Of a stretch of DNA of 64,000 nucleotides, positions 25,596 to 39,249 are shown piece by piece. A program made the position numbers and the translations under genes. Location of the stretch: positions 1,750,524 to 1,814,523 of the forward strand of contig MU053873.1 of the NCBI GenBank assembly GCA_013239625.1, in the 5' to 3' direction. A model generated the notes under the pieces. That model did not search any database, was not told the DNA's origin, and saw only the letters and a program-made list of their open reading frames with translations. The stretch is from Lama guanicoe. Taxonomy: Eukaryota. Each line of letters starts with the position of its first letter. Positions within the stretch are counted from its first letter, which is position 1.

Positions 25596-25615
25596 ATGGT
25601 GCTGATTAAAGAATT
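25596..25615 (+). CDS. PITPNB: PITPNB coding exon 1 (MVLIKE-F)
   Basis: GGAAG-ATG-G strong Kozak context inside the CpG island. ATG GTG CTG ATT AAA GAA TT is followed by a GTAAGT donor at 25616. Matches the PITP-beta N-terminus. Confidence 0.97.
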
Positions 25616-26599
25616 GTAAGTGGGATCAGTGGGCGTGAGCGAGGTTACAGGACGGCCGCGGTTGGAGATTCATTGAGAGGTGGCGGAATATTCCTAAGAA
25701 GCAGCGAGTCTCCGGCCGGCCGCTCCGTACGCGCGCCCCCTCCCCGCGGCCCGCGCCCCCGGCCCGCGTCGCAGGCCGACTCCGAGCCCCGCCGCCGCGC
25801 TACCCCAGAGCACCCCCCCCGGCGTTGCCGTAGTAACACTGCTGCCCTTTCCCCCCCGGGCGAAGGCGGCGGAGTCCCGGCCGGAGCGCGTGGCTCCGGT
25901 AGGCGCGGCCGGGAGTTTCCGCTGGGACCCGCCTTCCCCCCAACCCCCCACCCCAGTCTGAGTCTGGGCCCACCCCCAGGCTCGCGGGTGGGACCCGGCT
26001 GGAGCACTGGGCTGGGGAGACGCGGTGGGTCGGCGATTTGTCTTCCGGGGTGGAGCCTACCCGTAACCCGTGGGAGGTGGGCTTGCCAGGTAAAAGCATC
26101 CTTGGTGTCGGGATTCGATGTGGGACATAGGCGCCGTGAAGTTCCTGCGGGAGCCGGGAGTCCGGAAAACCTGTGCTGGTTAGAGTCGCTCAGTTGACTG
26201 AAGTGGAGAGCTGTCTCTCTCTTCTCCGAGTCTCAGTTGCCACATCTTGAAGATGGGGTGACCCTCTGGGCTCCATGTGCTTCCCGGGGTTTCGGTGAGG
26301 CGTTAACGTGGTTGGTCGAATAGAAGGGTTTCCAGGTGCATCAGACCGGCTCCGTGGTTTTGTTGAAGGCTTACGGCATTTCCTACCAGCACGGACTGTG
26401 ACTATCACAGGAAATCTGGTTGGCAGTGAATGTTCGGCTGTCACAGCTGGTTCGTGTTGTCAGCATCCTTCGGGCAACTAGGGATTTCGAGTGTGGCCCG
26501 TTCTTGGGTTTTTCAAGTGCTCTTTCCATTTTAAACTCTTTAAAAATTACAGCTTGATTTAACTAACTCCAGACAGCTTATTTTTAGTGTTAGTTCTCA

Positions 26600-27160
26600 A
26601 ACTTTTTTTTTTTAAGTCACTCCTGCCGCTTCTCTGCTTAAAGCTGTCCAGACTCCTTATCTTATTGAGTAAAAGCAACGCCTGGGAGTTCTTAACACTG
26701 TTTTGTGCTATGATTTCAGTTACAGCTCCTTCCTTGCCCATTCCAAGCTCACAGGTTTCCTTGCTGTTCCCCCACTATTCCAAGGGAAAAAGCTCAGTTC
26801 AAGGCCTTTCTACTTGACATCCCCTCTGTGTGAAGTACCCTTCCCTTATCTCACTAATTCACCTCCCTCTCTCAGGTCTTTGCTTAAATATCGCCTTCTT
26901 AGGGAATCCCTGTCTGAAGATCTGATTGCAGCCCCCACCATTTGGTGTTTGCCTTTTCTGCTTTGTTGTTCTCCATAGCAATTATCACCATCTAACATGC
27001 AGTACAATTATTATTTTTTTTCTATTTTACTACCTGTATTCTCTCACTGCGTACCAACTCCATGAATCTATTTTGCAGCCTCTCATATCCCCAGCTCTTA
27101 AAATAGTCTCTGGCACAAAATAAGTGTTCAGTAAGTATTAAAAAGTAAAATAAATTAATG
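26600..27160 (+). mobile_element. L2 3' remnant
   Basis: tcaggtctttgcttaaatatcgccttct...aatagtctctggcacaaaataagtgttcagtaagtatt. Confidence 0.65.
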
Positions 27161-27362
27161 AAAAATTATAACTTTAGTCCATGACAAGGATCCTGAGAAA
27201 AGACATTTTCAGTTAAAGTTATTTATAGTATTGAACTTTGGATTTGTAAAATTTTTCTTCCCATGTATCGTGCAAATATTATCTCATTTATTACTCTATG
27301 ACAGCTTTATAATGTAGGTAGGTGGCAGATAATAAAACTTAGGAGGAAAAAAGACAGAAGGA

Positions 27363-27480
27363 GGGGATAGGTATAGCTCAGTGGTAGAGTGCATGCTTAG
27401 GATGCACAGAGTCCTGGGTTCAATCCCCAGTACCTGTATTTCAAAAAAAATTTTTTTTTAATTAAAAGAGAGAAAGAAGA
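27363..27480 (+). mobile_element. Camelid-type tRNA-derived SINE
   Basis: ggtatagctcagtggtagagtgcatgcttag...gtcctgggttcaatccccagtacc followed by an A-rich tail. Confidence 0.9.
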
Positions 27481-27866
27481 AATAAAAAAAGAAAAGGAAA
27501 TTTACTTGGCACAAGTCACATAGCAAGTGAGTTGCAGAACTGATTTTAGATCATAGATGTAGTCATTTTTCTTTTATTAGTTGTTTCCTCCCCCCTAAAA
27601 TGGGAATTAAGTGTTTAGTAGATCCCTTTGACAGTTATGCAAGTAGTATCAGGCTAATTCATGGAGAGTAATTCTCATTGGGAATATGCACACTATGCTT
27701 TTTTGTGAACCGTTAGTTTCATTATAAAAACTTTAATGTACTGAGGTAACAAATGCAGAAATGTGGCCAAGGTGTAATGTGTTTTTCTGAAGGAATTATA
27801 AATTAACGTTTCTTGATATTCACCCCTCATGTATGTCTCTCTTAGATTTTTTTCCTGCTATACTTT

Positions 27867-27977
27867 GCAGGGGTGAATTAGGTTTGTTTATTTATTTTTA
27901 GAGGAGGTACTGGGGATTGAACTCAGAACCTCGAGCATGCTAAGTATGCACTCTACCACTTGAGCTATACCCTCCCC
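27867..27977 (-). mobile_element. Camelid-type tRNA-derived SINE, antisense, with TSD
   Basis: Reverse complement of ggggagggtatagctcaagtggtagagtgc...gttcaatccccagtacctcc. TSD tcctgctatacttt at 27853-27866 and 27980-27993. Confidence 0.92.
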
Positions 27978-30413
27978 ACTCCTGCTATACTTTTTGAGGA
28001 CAGAAGCTGTTTCTTATTTTAAATATTCCTAGTGTCCAGCACAGCATCTAGTCTAGCACACTGTAAGTGCCAGTGTTTAATGAAAAAAAAAAAAGATTCT
28101 TCTTACTTAAAGTCAACTTTCTAAAATTGTTTTTCGTCATGAGCAATGAATAGGTCATTCCTATGTGAAGATGTTGGTAAACTGTAAAATATTTTGGTAA
28201 ATGTTTGTTGTCTTAAAAAAAATGCCATCTATTTTTGACCTGAATTAAAAAGTTAGAAATGACTTTTTTAGGTTAGGGAGTTCCCTTCAAGTTGTTTCTT
28301 AAGCGATAGATGAAATTGCCATTATTGTCAAGTCCTGGTTTTAAAGAACTGGTTGGTAGTTCTATTTGGAAGATTATTTTCATGAGGGTTTTCAGGGAAG
28401 TTTGAAAATTTTTAAATTGCTCTAAAAGTTGAGTACTGCATTTAGAAAAAAAATACAAAATCAAAGCTTATTTGTTTCTTTGTTCTTACTTTTCCTTAAG
28501 CAAATCTTGAAGAAGTTACTCGATGTATCATTTATTCAGAATGTCCTAATCAGTCACTTTCATTTTGTGAAGTAAATTTCCCTGAAAGTGTATAAAAATA
28601 GGAATCTTCCTGCAAGTGAGTAGTTGTTAAAATTACTCAGCAGTGATTCTTTGGTTTTGTGAAACTTCAGGGAGGTCTTTACCGGTTTCCTCTCTGTCGC
28701 TTCCTTCCATTTCCTCTACAGCTCATCATCCTGTTCCAGGCCTTGGTGAATCCTTGCCCTGCCTCCCAAAAATGGCTTTTCCCCACCCTCCTGCTTCTCA
28801 TTGTTTATAACCATCTATAGATGACATCTTCAGGTTGGCAGTAGTTATGTCACTTACTTTTTGGAACAACCTTCCAGAATTCTTTGTTGTCTAATACATT
28901 AAATAAGACTTCTTACTGTTGTCTTCCAGGACCTGAAAATATGCTCCCATCCTATGTCTTTGTCCATATCTTCCAAAGTACACTCTCATCCTGGGTCTTA
29001 GTCTTCTCCAAACCACTGCTCTCCCAGTTTATTTTCTGTTACTGGGACAGTGAGCAAGTTAGTGTGTACCCTGAGCAGACGGCTAAAATGATTAGGTATG
29101 GAAGGATTTTGTAGAACAGGTTTATTCTTGATGAGAATAGAAATTAGTGACCATTGTGACTTGGGGATTGTTCACTGTCTTTAGATGACCATTATCAGAA
29201 AGTCTAGAGTGATGAGTGACCCCTCAGAAGTTAGGGAAGAGGGAATAACAGGAGACATGTTACGTATGTGGTAGAGACTGAGGTGATGTGAGCATTTAAG
29301 CCTCGATGTTTGAGGGGAATAGGAGAGGAATCGATGGAAAGTGCAGCTGAAGAGGAGTTGGAATGAGGAAGACTATTGGGAATTTTCTATAAAGTGAAAA
29401 TTGAGGTGAATGCCCTGATATTTTTCCCCCCTCCTTGTAGTAGAAAGACTTAAAATAGGATTTTAGATGACACTGCTGTGGTAGCTTGATGGTTAGGTGG
29501 GAAAAGTCTGAGAAAAAATAAAAAGGCCAAAAAAATAAAAGTTATTGTCTTGGACACGACCTATTACCATGAGACAACTAATATTTAAGAATGGCCTTGG
29601 CTTTCAGAGTTTATTGTGGAAGTAAGTGTGAAGGTACTTCCTTAAAAAAGTCTAGAGATAAAATACAATATCCTGATATAAAATACTTCATCATAGTATT
29701 CTTTTTCGGAATTCATTTCAGGAGCATTATGCCTTTGTACTGGTCCTTTTGTGTGTACAGTAACCAGCTCTCTTGGACAAGATCAAACACAGCAACCTTA
29801 CACTGAAGCTACCCCGGAAGGGGTTGTATTTATAAGGTTCAAAGTATTTTCCATGGTAACGTTTTTTCTTATTAGATCTAAAGGACCTTTTATGTGTTTT
29901 TCTCAATAAAAGTGAGGAATAATTAATTGGGTAGTGGGGAACAGTTTTTGGAGGAATTCATTCATGAGATTCAAAACATGTATTCTGGAAAAGTGTCATA
30001 AAAACAAAATGCATAGTATATAGATGGAGGATGAAACCATACTAAAAATTTCATGAGGGCAACTTGACCAGACAGTCTGCAAATAATACTTCCTGTACTC
30101 TGCAATTTTCAGTGATGAGTTGTCTCTTGTTCCTTTACTCCCCGTAAGACTCTCTACAACTACTTTTTGGGGGTCCTGGAATAATGAGGACACTCAGTGC
30201 AAGTGATCATTGAGAGTCAAGTGTGGTGGTTTTATTTCCCCAGCTTAAACACTTATTTACAACTGTAGTCATTGCGAAGACCCTTTTCCATAAATGGCAT
30301 CTTGTACTATGCTATCATTGGGTTTAAAGCAAAAGCTCTTTTAAGCATGGAAATCTGTGTTTTAAAGCACCTATTTCACGTGTAACATATTTTTTATCCC
30401 TTTGTCTTTTTAG

Positions 30414-30444
30414 CCGAGTGGTTTTGCCATGTTCTGTTCAGGAG
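30414..30444 (+). CDS. PITPNB: PITPNB coding exon 2 (F-RVVLPCSVQE)
   Basis: Polypyrimidine tract plus TAG acceptor, 31 nt, GTAAGT donor. Completes codon 7 in frame. Confidence 0.97.
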
Positions 30445-33259
30445 GTAAGTCTTGCTTGCTTCTGTATTTTATTGATATAGTTTATTTTGATATGCTAACC
30501 TGAAGTCATATTTTCATTGTATTCATTTACCTTTACTTTGCAGTTTATGTGACAAAATGAAGTATGATGTGTTACAGATAATTAATTGTAAATGAGCTTT
30601 GTTACACTGCCTTGTTTGGGAAAGGTCTAAGAATGTAGTTTAACCTCCTGTCCAGTACAGGAATTCTGTCTTATATCCCAGGGGAAGGAGATTCTAGCCT
30701 CAACTTAGGCACTTTAAGGTTAGGTCACTTGCTGCTTAGAGAAGCAGCCTCCTTTACTGTTGGATATTTTAAAACATTTGTCTTTACTTGAAACCAAAAT
30801 CTGCTTTCCTGTAAAGTTTGCATGTTGTTTACAGTTCCTTCCACTTGAGCATAGGGAAGTAAACCTGTTCTGTCTTGCATATGATAACCCTTCAGGTTTT
30901 CTTTTGGCAGTTCTCTCTCTTCCCCCTAGCCCTTTTGTTTCATCTTCTGTATATGAGGTCACAAGGTTTAACATTCCCAGCACATTCATTTGTCCCAATA
31001 TAACATGACCTCTAGACTGCCTTACCAGCTGTCTCACTACTGCATGTGTTGAAGTTGTTGCTCTCAGTTGAAAACAGTATTCCAGGCACAGTCCCACCAG
31101 CGTGGAACCATGAGGGATCAGTCTCCCCTGATGTGCGTGTGGTACAGGAACATCACCTATTCAGAACTTGCATGTCCTACAGTTGTAGCTATCTGTCATA
31201 TAACCAAGAATGAGAATAAAAGCAGAGAAGGGTTCTGAAAAAATCAAGATATGTGTAGCAAAAACCCATAAAGCCCTTTGAGCCCCTCTAACTTGTGCAC
31301 AGTTTGCACTTGCTCGGTTATCTGGTTTTTCTAGAGCTGACACTAGATTAGAAGCAGTGAATTGGAAGTGGGACAAAACAAACTGATAACCTAAGATGTG
31401 ACAGCTGACAGAAGGCAGACAGAAAAAAAATAATAAAATGCAGGAACTAAAAATGAGTAGCTGTCTGGCGCTGTTTAATGTAGACTTGAACACAGCTGTA
31501 TATACATCAGTAGCATGAGGTTTCTGTGCTGGAGCGTATTAAAACACTCCAGACAAGCCAAGCACCCCTATTTTTCACTTGTACAATTGACTGTTTGAAC
31601 TTGAATGTAGAAATTGACATTTGTTTTGGTTAAATTTTTTCTTTTCATTTCGGCTGGTTGGATCAACGTGTTGAAATCTTTCTGAGTCTTGGTATTGTCA
31701 CCCAAAATAATCTTAGCTTTTTATTATATTCAGACTAAATAAACATGCCTCCTGCCTTTATTTAAGTTATTCTTAAAAATGAGAAAGAAAGCCTAGTAGC
31801 ATGCCACAAAATATCAGTCCATTAATAACCTTTTTTTTGGATACTGTGTTTAGTTGTTTCTGTGTAAATTTTTGTTACTCTGTTCCTGACCAAGATCAAA
31901 TTTAACCCTCTTACTTAGAGACATTTTAATCCTACTATATAAAATCTGAGACACTATTTTGAAGGACTTAGGAGTATTGTAGCATTACTGGACTAGCCCT
32001 GTGTTGTATCATGAAAACCAAAAGAAGAACTGTAGCCCTCTCAGGAGTCTAAAATCTCAACAAAAACTTATTTTTCATGCATTTAAGAAATGTATTTGAT
32101 TCCAGCTTCCTAAACCCTTCCAAACTGAGTATGTGTATGTGTAAATTAACTTGCACGATAACATCATCTTCCTGTGGGCTTTTTAGATAAATGAGTATTT
32201 ACTGAGCTTACAACGACCCCTATTATTTATTCCTCAAAAACAATGTTAGTTTTAAATGATGAGTTTTTAGAGGTGGCTTTTCTTTGAAAATATGCTCAGA
32301 AAAGAAGAAAACATTTCTTCAGGCTCTCTTCATTGGGAGGAAGAAATTTAGCCAGGTTTGAAGAGATTGGAGATAATGCCATGACTGAGTCACTAGAACG
32401 AGTTAGAGCACAAGAACTTGGCTCTTCATCCTTCGCTGGAACTGTTAGAAACTCCAGAGTGAAGTAGAACAGGGCTTCCTGCTCACAGGTGCTGGTGCAG
32501 GCCACTGGGAATTCTTGTTCCCTTAAAATGAAATAGAAACCACTGTCAGCAATTTCTTACCTTTTATGGTAATACTTGGATATTTACGAATAGTTTAAAA
32601 ACAGTTTCTGTTTACTGGAGAACTTCACAATTAACAGTTCTGACCCCGGATACCCCAGTACTGTTTCTGTTTAGGTGGACAAGGGCCAAATTGGGCGTGT
32701 CATATGCATACGTCATGGAAAAGAAGACCCCAGAGGTCTACTAAAATTTGGACTATAATGGTTCTTTGTATTTGCAGGCTTTTATTATTACACTTTATAT
32801 CCCTTCTCATTACTGAGAACTGTATTCTGAATTCTCAGCTTTCTTATAAGGAACAATTACATTCCTGCCATGTCTTCTTTAGAATTTTGTGAAATTAAAT
32901 GAGGTATAGTAGATGTGAAAATGCTTTGGAAAATATAAATGTATATTTATTATTATTCAAAAAACTGAACCAAATGTCAAGGTGTTGTCTTGATAAATGG
33001 ATAGTATATATTATTTGTAAGTAATAGCTTTCTTAAGTAATGAAAATCTTGTAAAATATTATAGTTTTTTGAACTGTACAATCATATGGTATTTGTCTCT
33101 CTAAACATATTTATTTCTAATTTGAGTCATGTTTTCATATAGAGCATATGTACCAAATGGTCTGGGTATACTTTTCTATATCTGTAGTAAGATTTTAGCA
33201 TAGGAGGTTTCTGCAGTTGCTACTGACTTCCTGAAATTCTGTGCTCTTTAATATTTCAG

Positions 33260-33405
33260 TATCAGGTTGGGCAGCTTTATTCTGTTGCAGAAGCTAGTAA
33301 AAATGAGACTGGTGGTGGAGAAGGAATTGAAGTCTTAAAGAATGAACCTTATGAGAAGGATGGAGAAAAGGGACAGTATACACACAAAATCTATCACCTA
33401 AAGAG
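33260..33405 (+). CDS. PITPNB: PITPNB coding exon 3 ([49 protein letters not shown])
   Basis: ttcAG acceptor, 146 nt, GTAAGC donor. Contains the PITP inositol-binding residues T58 and K60. Confidence 0.98.
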
Positions 33406-33689
33406 GTAAGCAGGATGTTCACATTTGATGCTTAATCGTTATAGTAAATAATCATGCTTTAACTATGCAGCCTACTTATTAAGCACGTAACTACCTAACT
33501 CACTAGTGTTGAGAAGGTACTTTTTAAAACTTTAATGTGACTCCCTCCAAATTTTTCAGTGTGATGATATGTTGTATTTTAATTTTTTGAGAGCCTTCCC
33601 CACTTTACTAGTTATTTTTAAATTATAATCTATCTGCTTATTAAAAAATTCAAACAGAAGATTATAAATTAAAAACAGTCCCCACCTCT

Positions 33690-34400
33690 TGTCATCACAT
33701 AACCATAGCCCCAGAGAGAAACTAGAAACAGTTTAGCATTTATCCTTCCAGATCATGTCCTATACATACTCAAGTAAATTTTTTGAAAACATAGAAATGA
33801 ATAATTTGTATCATTTGTCTTCACAACAGATAAGGTCATACCATACATACGGTTCTGCACTTTGTTTTAATTTTCATGCAGTGATGTATCACAAACATTC
33901 TTTTGTGTTATTAGTTAATGCCCTTTCCATTCTTTTTAAGGCTGAGTAAAATTTCTTAGTGTGGACATAAGCATAGTTTATGTAACCATTCTCTAAGTGA
34001 TAAGGTTGATTTGAAGGTTTTCAGTATTTTCCTTTTTGTCTGTTACAGATACTGTTTCTATGAACATGGCTGTAGATAAGCCTTTATGCTTAGGTTACTA
34101 TTTCTCCCGGAGGAATCTATTATAGGAGGATTGCTGAACGGCCATACTTATTTAAAATTTTGATATTATTGCCACATTTCCCTCCAAGAGTCTGAGAGTA
34201 TTCATTTTCCCATATTTTTCTCTTTTTAATTTTTGCCAATTTTATGCACAGAAAATAGCCTCTTGTTTAAATTTGTATTTATTAGTGAAGTTGAATGTCT
34301 TCATAATAATTGACCATTTGAATTTCTTGTGTGACTTGACTGTTCAAATCATTTGTTCATTGTTTTAACCTCTTTGATTTGTAGAAATTCCTTTGCACAT
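33690..34400 (-). mobile_element. Ancient L1ME-like fragment, antisense to PITPNB
   Basis: T-rich, with ggattgctg..aaaattttgata..attgcc and ttagtgaagttgaa motifs. Confidence 0.6.
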
Positions 34401-37400
34401 TTTCCTAAGTTTGACAGTCTCACCTCTGCCTTTGGCATAAATATTTTAAAATAGAAAATGCACACCAATATTTATCTAAGGGCAAAAGATCAGTGATGGT
34501 TTTTAAGAGTCTATTTTATTTAAAAAGTCTGTTTTGTCAGTAGCATCCCCGGTTTTGTAAAGGTGGGAGGGAATCTGCCCTGCACTTGGCTTTTTTTCTC
34601 TTCACATCACATAATCAAATAACACTGGTGTTTTGTAGAGCTTTTTCAAGTGGTACGTAAGCTGTGATGATCACTATTTTTCATACTTTCTCGGTTTAAG
34701 GCTACTGCTTGGTTTATAGTGACACATGAGTATAAAGTAGGTCATCACTTTACAGAACCTTACATTTTAGTGTTGTTTTCTCTTAGAACACAGCGTTTCT
34801 TTGTCTCTGATGCAGGTTGAATGAAGGCAATAGCTTTGATTAATCAATTACATCAAGAGACTGTTATTCATTGTTTTTATTAATTTGTTGGCACCCTAAG
34901 TATATCTAAAAATGTGCCATTTGAGAGAAAACTTTGGCATTTTAGATGGTATAATCTATATAATATGTTGCTGCATTTACTTACATATACTCAGCTTTAT
35001 TTTTCTAGCATTTTACAGTTACTCATTAATTGCATATTACCAATACATAAAACTCGCTTTATTATAAACATTGAACTCTCGGGGGGTTCTAAAATAAACC
35101 AAAAAGTTTGATATATAAAATTTTCTGCTGATCTGTGATGTCTATATGTGAATAAGTAGATTCAAAATACCCTTCATTTGAAAACTAAGCGTTGGAATAC
35201 TGGAGAAATGTTTGCTATATTATTGCATGGGAAAGACCAGTTGCTAAACTCGTACATAAATAATACATCATCATCACAAGGGACGCTGTATATAATTTTA
35301 AAAATTAGAAAAGCACTTGGGAAAAGATTCATTAAAATGTTGAGAATGTTTTTTCCTTGGAAGTGGAATCATGGGTGATTTAAGTATTGTTTACTCTTTT
35401 GTGTTTTTGTTTAATGAGAAAAAAAGAATGGTAAATATTTTTTTTTGAAACATTTGATTTCACTCCAGCCATAAATAAGGGATCTTTTAAGTTCAGGAGG
35501 GCTGTATAAATATGGTTAGTGCTGGAGAGATTATTGTTCTGGAGAGCTTACTGGGATGAGGTTCAGAATTCCTTTCAGACTTTTTAGTGGATTAAATAAA
35601 GGAAAGCCTTGGCTCTGGAGCCCAGCCTCCCAGCACACTCCAGCTTTTGGAACTGCTTCTTCATTCCTGGAAGGAGTGAAATCATTCCACAGTACCCTTT
35701 GATTTCACCCTTACCTGCACTCATTTCTTCCTCATTGCAGTCCTGAGAAATAGACGGTATGCACGTGGTACATAAGAGGACGCAAAGTTTCATATTTACT
35801 CAAAGTCATGAAGCTAGTAAGTGGCAGAATGGTGACTGAGCCTGGATTCTCTGATTTCTGATCCCAGGCTCTTTTGGTCACAAATAGAGTTCCAAGGGCC
35901 TGCACTGTTGAGCACACGTGTCCCATGAGAAGGGAGAGTCGGGGTCTGTTCAGATGGTGAGGGCTGTTTGATGCTCACAGGAGGCTGACCTTGTCGCACA
36001 GGATGGCAGTTGTGGGTGGAAGCATGGAGCGGCACGACACGGGAGAGGGGAAAGGAGGTGGCAATAGTGGACCTCAGGCAGTGTGGCAGATAGTGGCTAC
36101 TCTGACCGTGATGAAAAACAACCAAAAACCTGTCCATTAATAAAGACAAAACAGGGACCAACTGTCTCTGTGGTCCTGGGGTTGGAGGAGCCTGTCATGG
36201 GGCAAAGGCAGTCAAATGTCCACACTCAGAGTCATCACTGTCACAGTGAAGGCACAACAGCCACAGGAGGACTATATTATGGAAGGGCAAAGAGTCATTT
36301 AGCAGCAGGTGCCGAGGCCTTCACTGTCCCATAGGAAATACTGCGGTCATGGCCCAGGGCTGGCAGTTCAGCCCCATCACACCTCAGTCCAGCAGGGGCA
36401 TCAGTTCAGCAGGCTCAGGACATACCTGCAGGTCCTAGGGTTCTAGAGCTCTCCCAGAGGGAGTTACATTTGTGTCCAGTTAATATATGATCCCTGTCCA
36501 ACATTTATTCTGTTGGGGAACCTATAGTGCTGTGTGCACTGGTAAGATACACGCACTTAATCACAGCCAGAAGATTGAGAAACAATCTTGACCAGGTATT
36601 AAAACATTCAAAATTTAGTGATCATCACAAGGGACATTTCAAATGTCTGGTTTCTTTGAATCTCAGGTAGTAGTCTTACAGGATAATGAGGTTCTTTCCA
36701 TTTCCTTTGATAACTTACAGTGAGTTGTCACCTGCTATAATTTTAAGCAGAGGACCTAGTACTTACTGTGTGTTGTCACTACAGGTGCTGTGGATGGGAG
36801 CTTATTCTTTTTCCACAGCAACCTTTTCTAGGGAGGAAACTAGGACCCAGTAATTAAGGTTTCAGCAGCGGGCCCATGTGTCACGGGCCCATGTGTCACT
36901 GCCCTTTGGTGGCAGAGTTAGGCCGTGAACCCGGGCAGGTGTTGTGACTCGGAAGGTACCCTCTTTATCACTTTGCTTTACTGCTGAGCCCTGTGGGAGG
37001 GTCCAAATACTTTCCATTTCCTAAACTGAACTCCGGAAGAATTTACAGAGCATTCTTCCAAGACCAGGGATTTCAGCACATCCCATTTCCTCATGAGTCT
37101 CAAGTCTTTTTCCAAAATAAAGTTGAACTTAACAAGCTACTTATCCACGATTACCCATGTATCTCCAGTTGTTATAATTCTGTCCAGAGTGAAAACCATT
37201 GGCCCTGAGCAAGCCCGGCTCTTCATTGTCCTCTAGAAGTGACCTGTTCAGCGTCTTGAGCTCTTTCTTCTGATGTTGGGTTGCTCGTAACCTGCTGGGG
37301 TTCTTGCGCACAGCTCAGATCTGTCCTATGCAGAGCCATTCCTTGATGGCTTTCATTCATATTCATCCTTCTTCCCTAAACACCATCACTGTATCTTCTC

Positions 37401-38494
37401 AGCTTCACACCTAATCATGTATTTCTATATGCATACATATTTGTCTTGTGTACCCCATTTACCACAAAAGTGTGAGTACATTTCCTTAAGTTGGTTAATA
37501 TACACTTAAGAGTGGATGGTGGGGAAGGAGGACAGAGTTCATCAGGCAAAGAATTTTGAAGCAGGGCAAGGAAATGTGTTGCAGCTTTTGAGATGGTGTT
37601 TCAGAGAAAAACTTAAGAGTTCTCCCGAGACCTCATAGACACACACTGACCAGTACTTTTGGTCTCTTCCTTCTTGGGGAAAATCAGCTTTACTGTTTTT
37701 TGTTCCTCATAAGCATTATACCCTAGCCAACTTCAGTCAGTCCTGGATGATGGAGAATTCATAAAGCTTTGCCAACTCCAGAATGGCTTTGTTCCCCAAA
37801 GGTTGAAACAGAAGTATTATTGAAAATCATTGCTTAAAAATTTCATGTGGTTCAAGTTAAGAGCTCATTTTTGTAAGCAAAAAGAGTCATTTGCCAAGAA
37901 CTTATGTTCGTGTTTAAAAATGAGGAAGTTTAAATCATCTGAGAATGTAGAGATTGACTATGTATGTTGCTTCACAGAGACGAGCATCGCTAAGTGTAAG
38001 AAATTAGTAGATATCAGCTGAATAGAGTAATCCGTTCTTCACTCGAGAATTAGCCATCAGCGCCTAATTTTTTCTTTGTGTATGGTTCCTAGTCTTAAGT
38101 TTTGCACAGTTCAAAGTTTTCTAAATCAGGAGTTACTGTATTTCAGAAGAATGTCAGACATCTTCTGAAATATATTGTTTTTTCATGCTGCATTTTATTT
38201 CTCATTCCTGTTCTTTTGTTATGTGAAAAATACTTCTTTCTCTCTCTCTCTTCTTTTTTTTTGAATAATTCTCTTGAATTTTAGAGTCTTGTTACACGTT
38301 CTGGAAGCTACTCAGTTTGTGTCTGGTTATTTTACTTCTTTCCTACAAATGAGAGGATTGTAAGTCATTTTGTAATTTTTGTTCCCCTATATCTCTTCCT
38401 GCTTTCTTCCACCTGTATCACTGCTCCATTAATGCAACTTCTGTTCTCTCTTAAACTTCCAGTTGCCTCTAGACTGACGTCTTGCCGTTCATTC

Positions 38495-39220
38495 TTTTTA
38501 AATAATGCTGCCGTGAACATTTCTGTACAAGTTTCTCTGTGGATGTGTTTTCATTTCTCTTGGGTATATATATACACACATGTACACATACCTACAGTCG
38601 GAATTGCTGGGCCGTATGGTAACTCCTCACTTTTTAAAGAACTGCCAGACTGTTTTCCAAAGTGACTGCACCATTGTACCTTCCCACCTGGAGTGTACAA
38701 AGGCTCCAATTTCTCCACATGGCTGCCAACACTTGTTACTTTCGGGTGTTTTTTCGTTTGTTTTTTCAGAGGAAGGGCAGGTGAGGGGAGTGTGAGATGG
38801 TGTCTCACTGTGGTTTTGATTTGCATTTCCCTGCTGACTAATAGTGTTGAGCATCTTTTCATGTGTGTATCGGTCATTTGTAGATTTTTGGAGATTCTGT
38901 TCAAATCTTTTACCCATGTTTTAATTGGGTTGACTTTTTGCTGTAAATCCTGGGTGCTGGTCTCCTGTCAGATATATGATTTATAATTTTCCTCCCACTT
39001 GTGAGTTGTCTTTTCATTTTTTTTTTTTGTATCCTTTGAAGCTTGAAAATCTTACAGTTTTGAAGTTCAGCTTACCTGTTTTTTTCTTTTGCTGTTTATG
39101 CTTTTTGTGTTACACATATCTAAGAAACCATTGCCCAGTCTATGGTCACAAAGATTTACATCTACCTTTTTTCCTAAAAACTGTAGTTTTAGCTCTTTCA
39201 TTGAGATCTGTAATCCATTT
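38495..39220 (-). mobile_element. L1M ORF2 3' fragment, antisense to PITPNB
   Basis: ORF 38551-38904 (-) reads [25 protein letters not shown], the L1 ORF2 C-terminal motif. Confidence 0.9.
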
Positions 39221-39249
39221 TTAGTCAACGTTTGCTGCCATCCGTTCTT

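Larger units (their letters stand above)
24830..26200. promoter_or_regulatory. CpG island / probable bidirectional promoter of PITPNB
   Basis: Abrupt GC- and CpG-rich segment around exon 1, with GC boxes (GGGGCG, GGCGGGG), GCGCGC runs and ETS-like GGAAG motifs. No TATA box seen. Confidence 0.92.

Noticed and set aside
24795..26197. Many overlapping 85-187 aa ORFs on both strands around the promoter
   Set aside because: Expected from stop-codon scarcity in a GC-rich CpG island. The translations are low-complexity Gly/Ala/Arg/Pro with no recognisable domain.
27363..27440. tRNA-like sequences (also 7886 and 27977)
   Set aside because: They have A/B boxes but carry A-rich tails and, in two cases, TSDs. 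They are SINEs, not tRNA genes.
35700..35720. Strong antisense donor CAG|GTAAGG in PITPNB intron 3
   Set aside because: Isolated site at the edge of a MIR remnant with no convincing partner acceptor.
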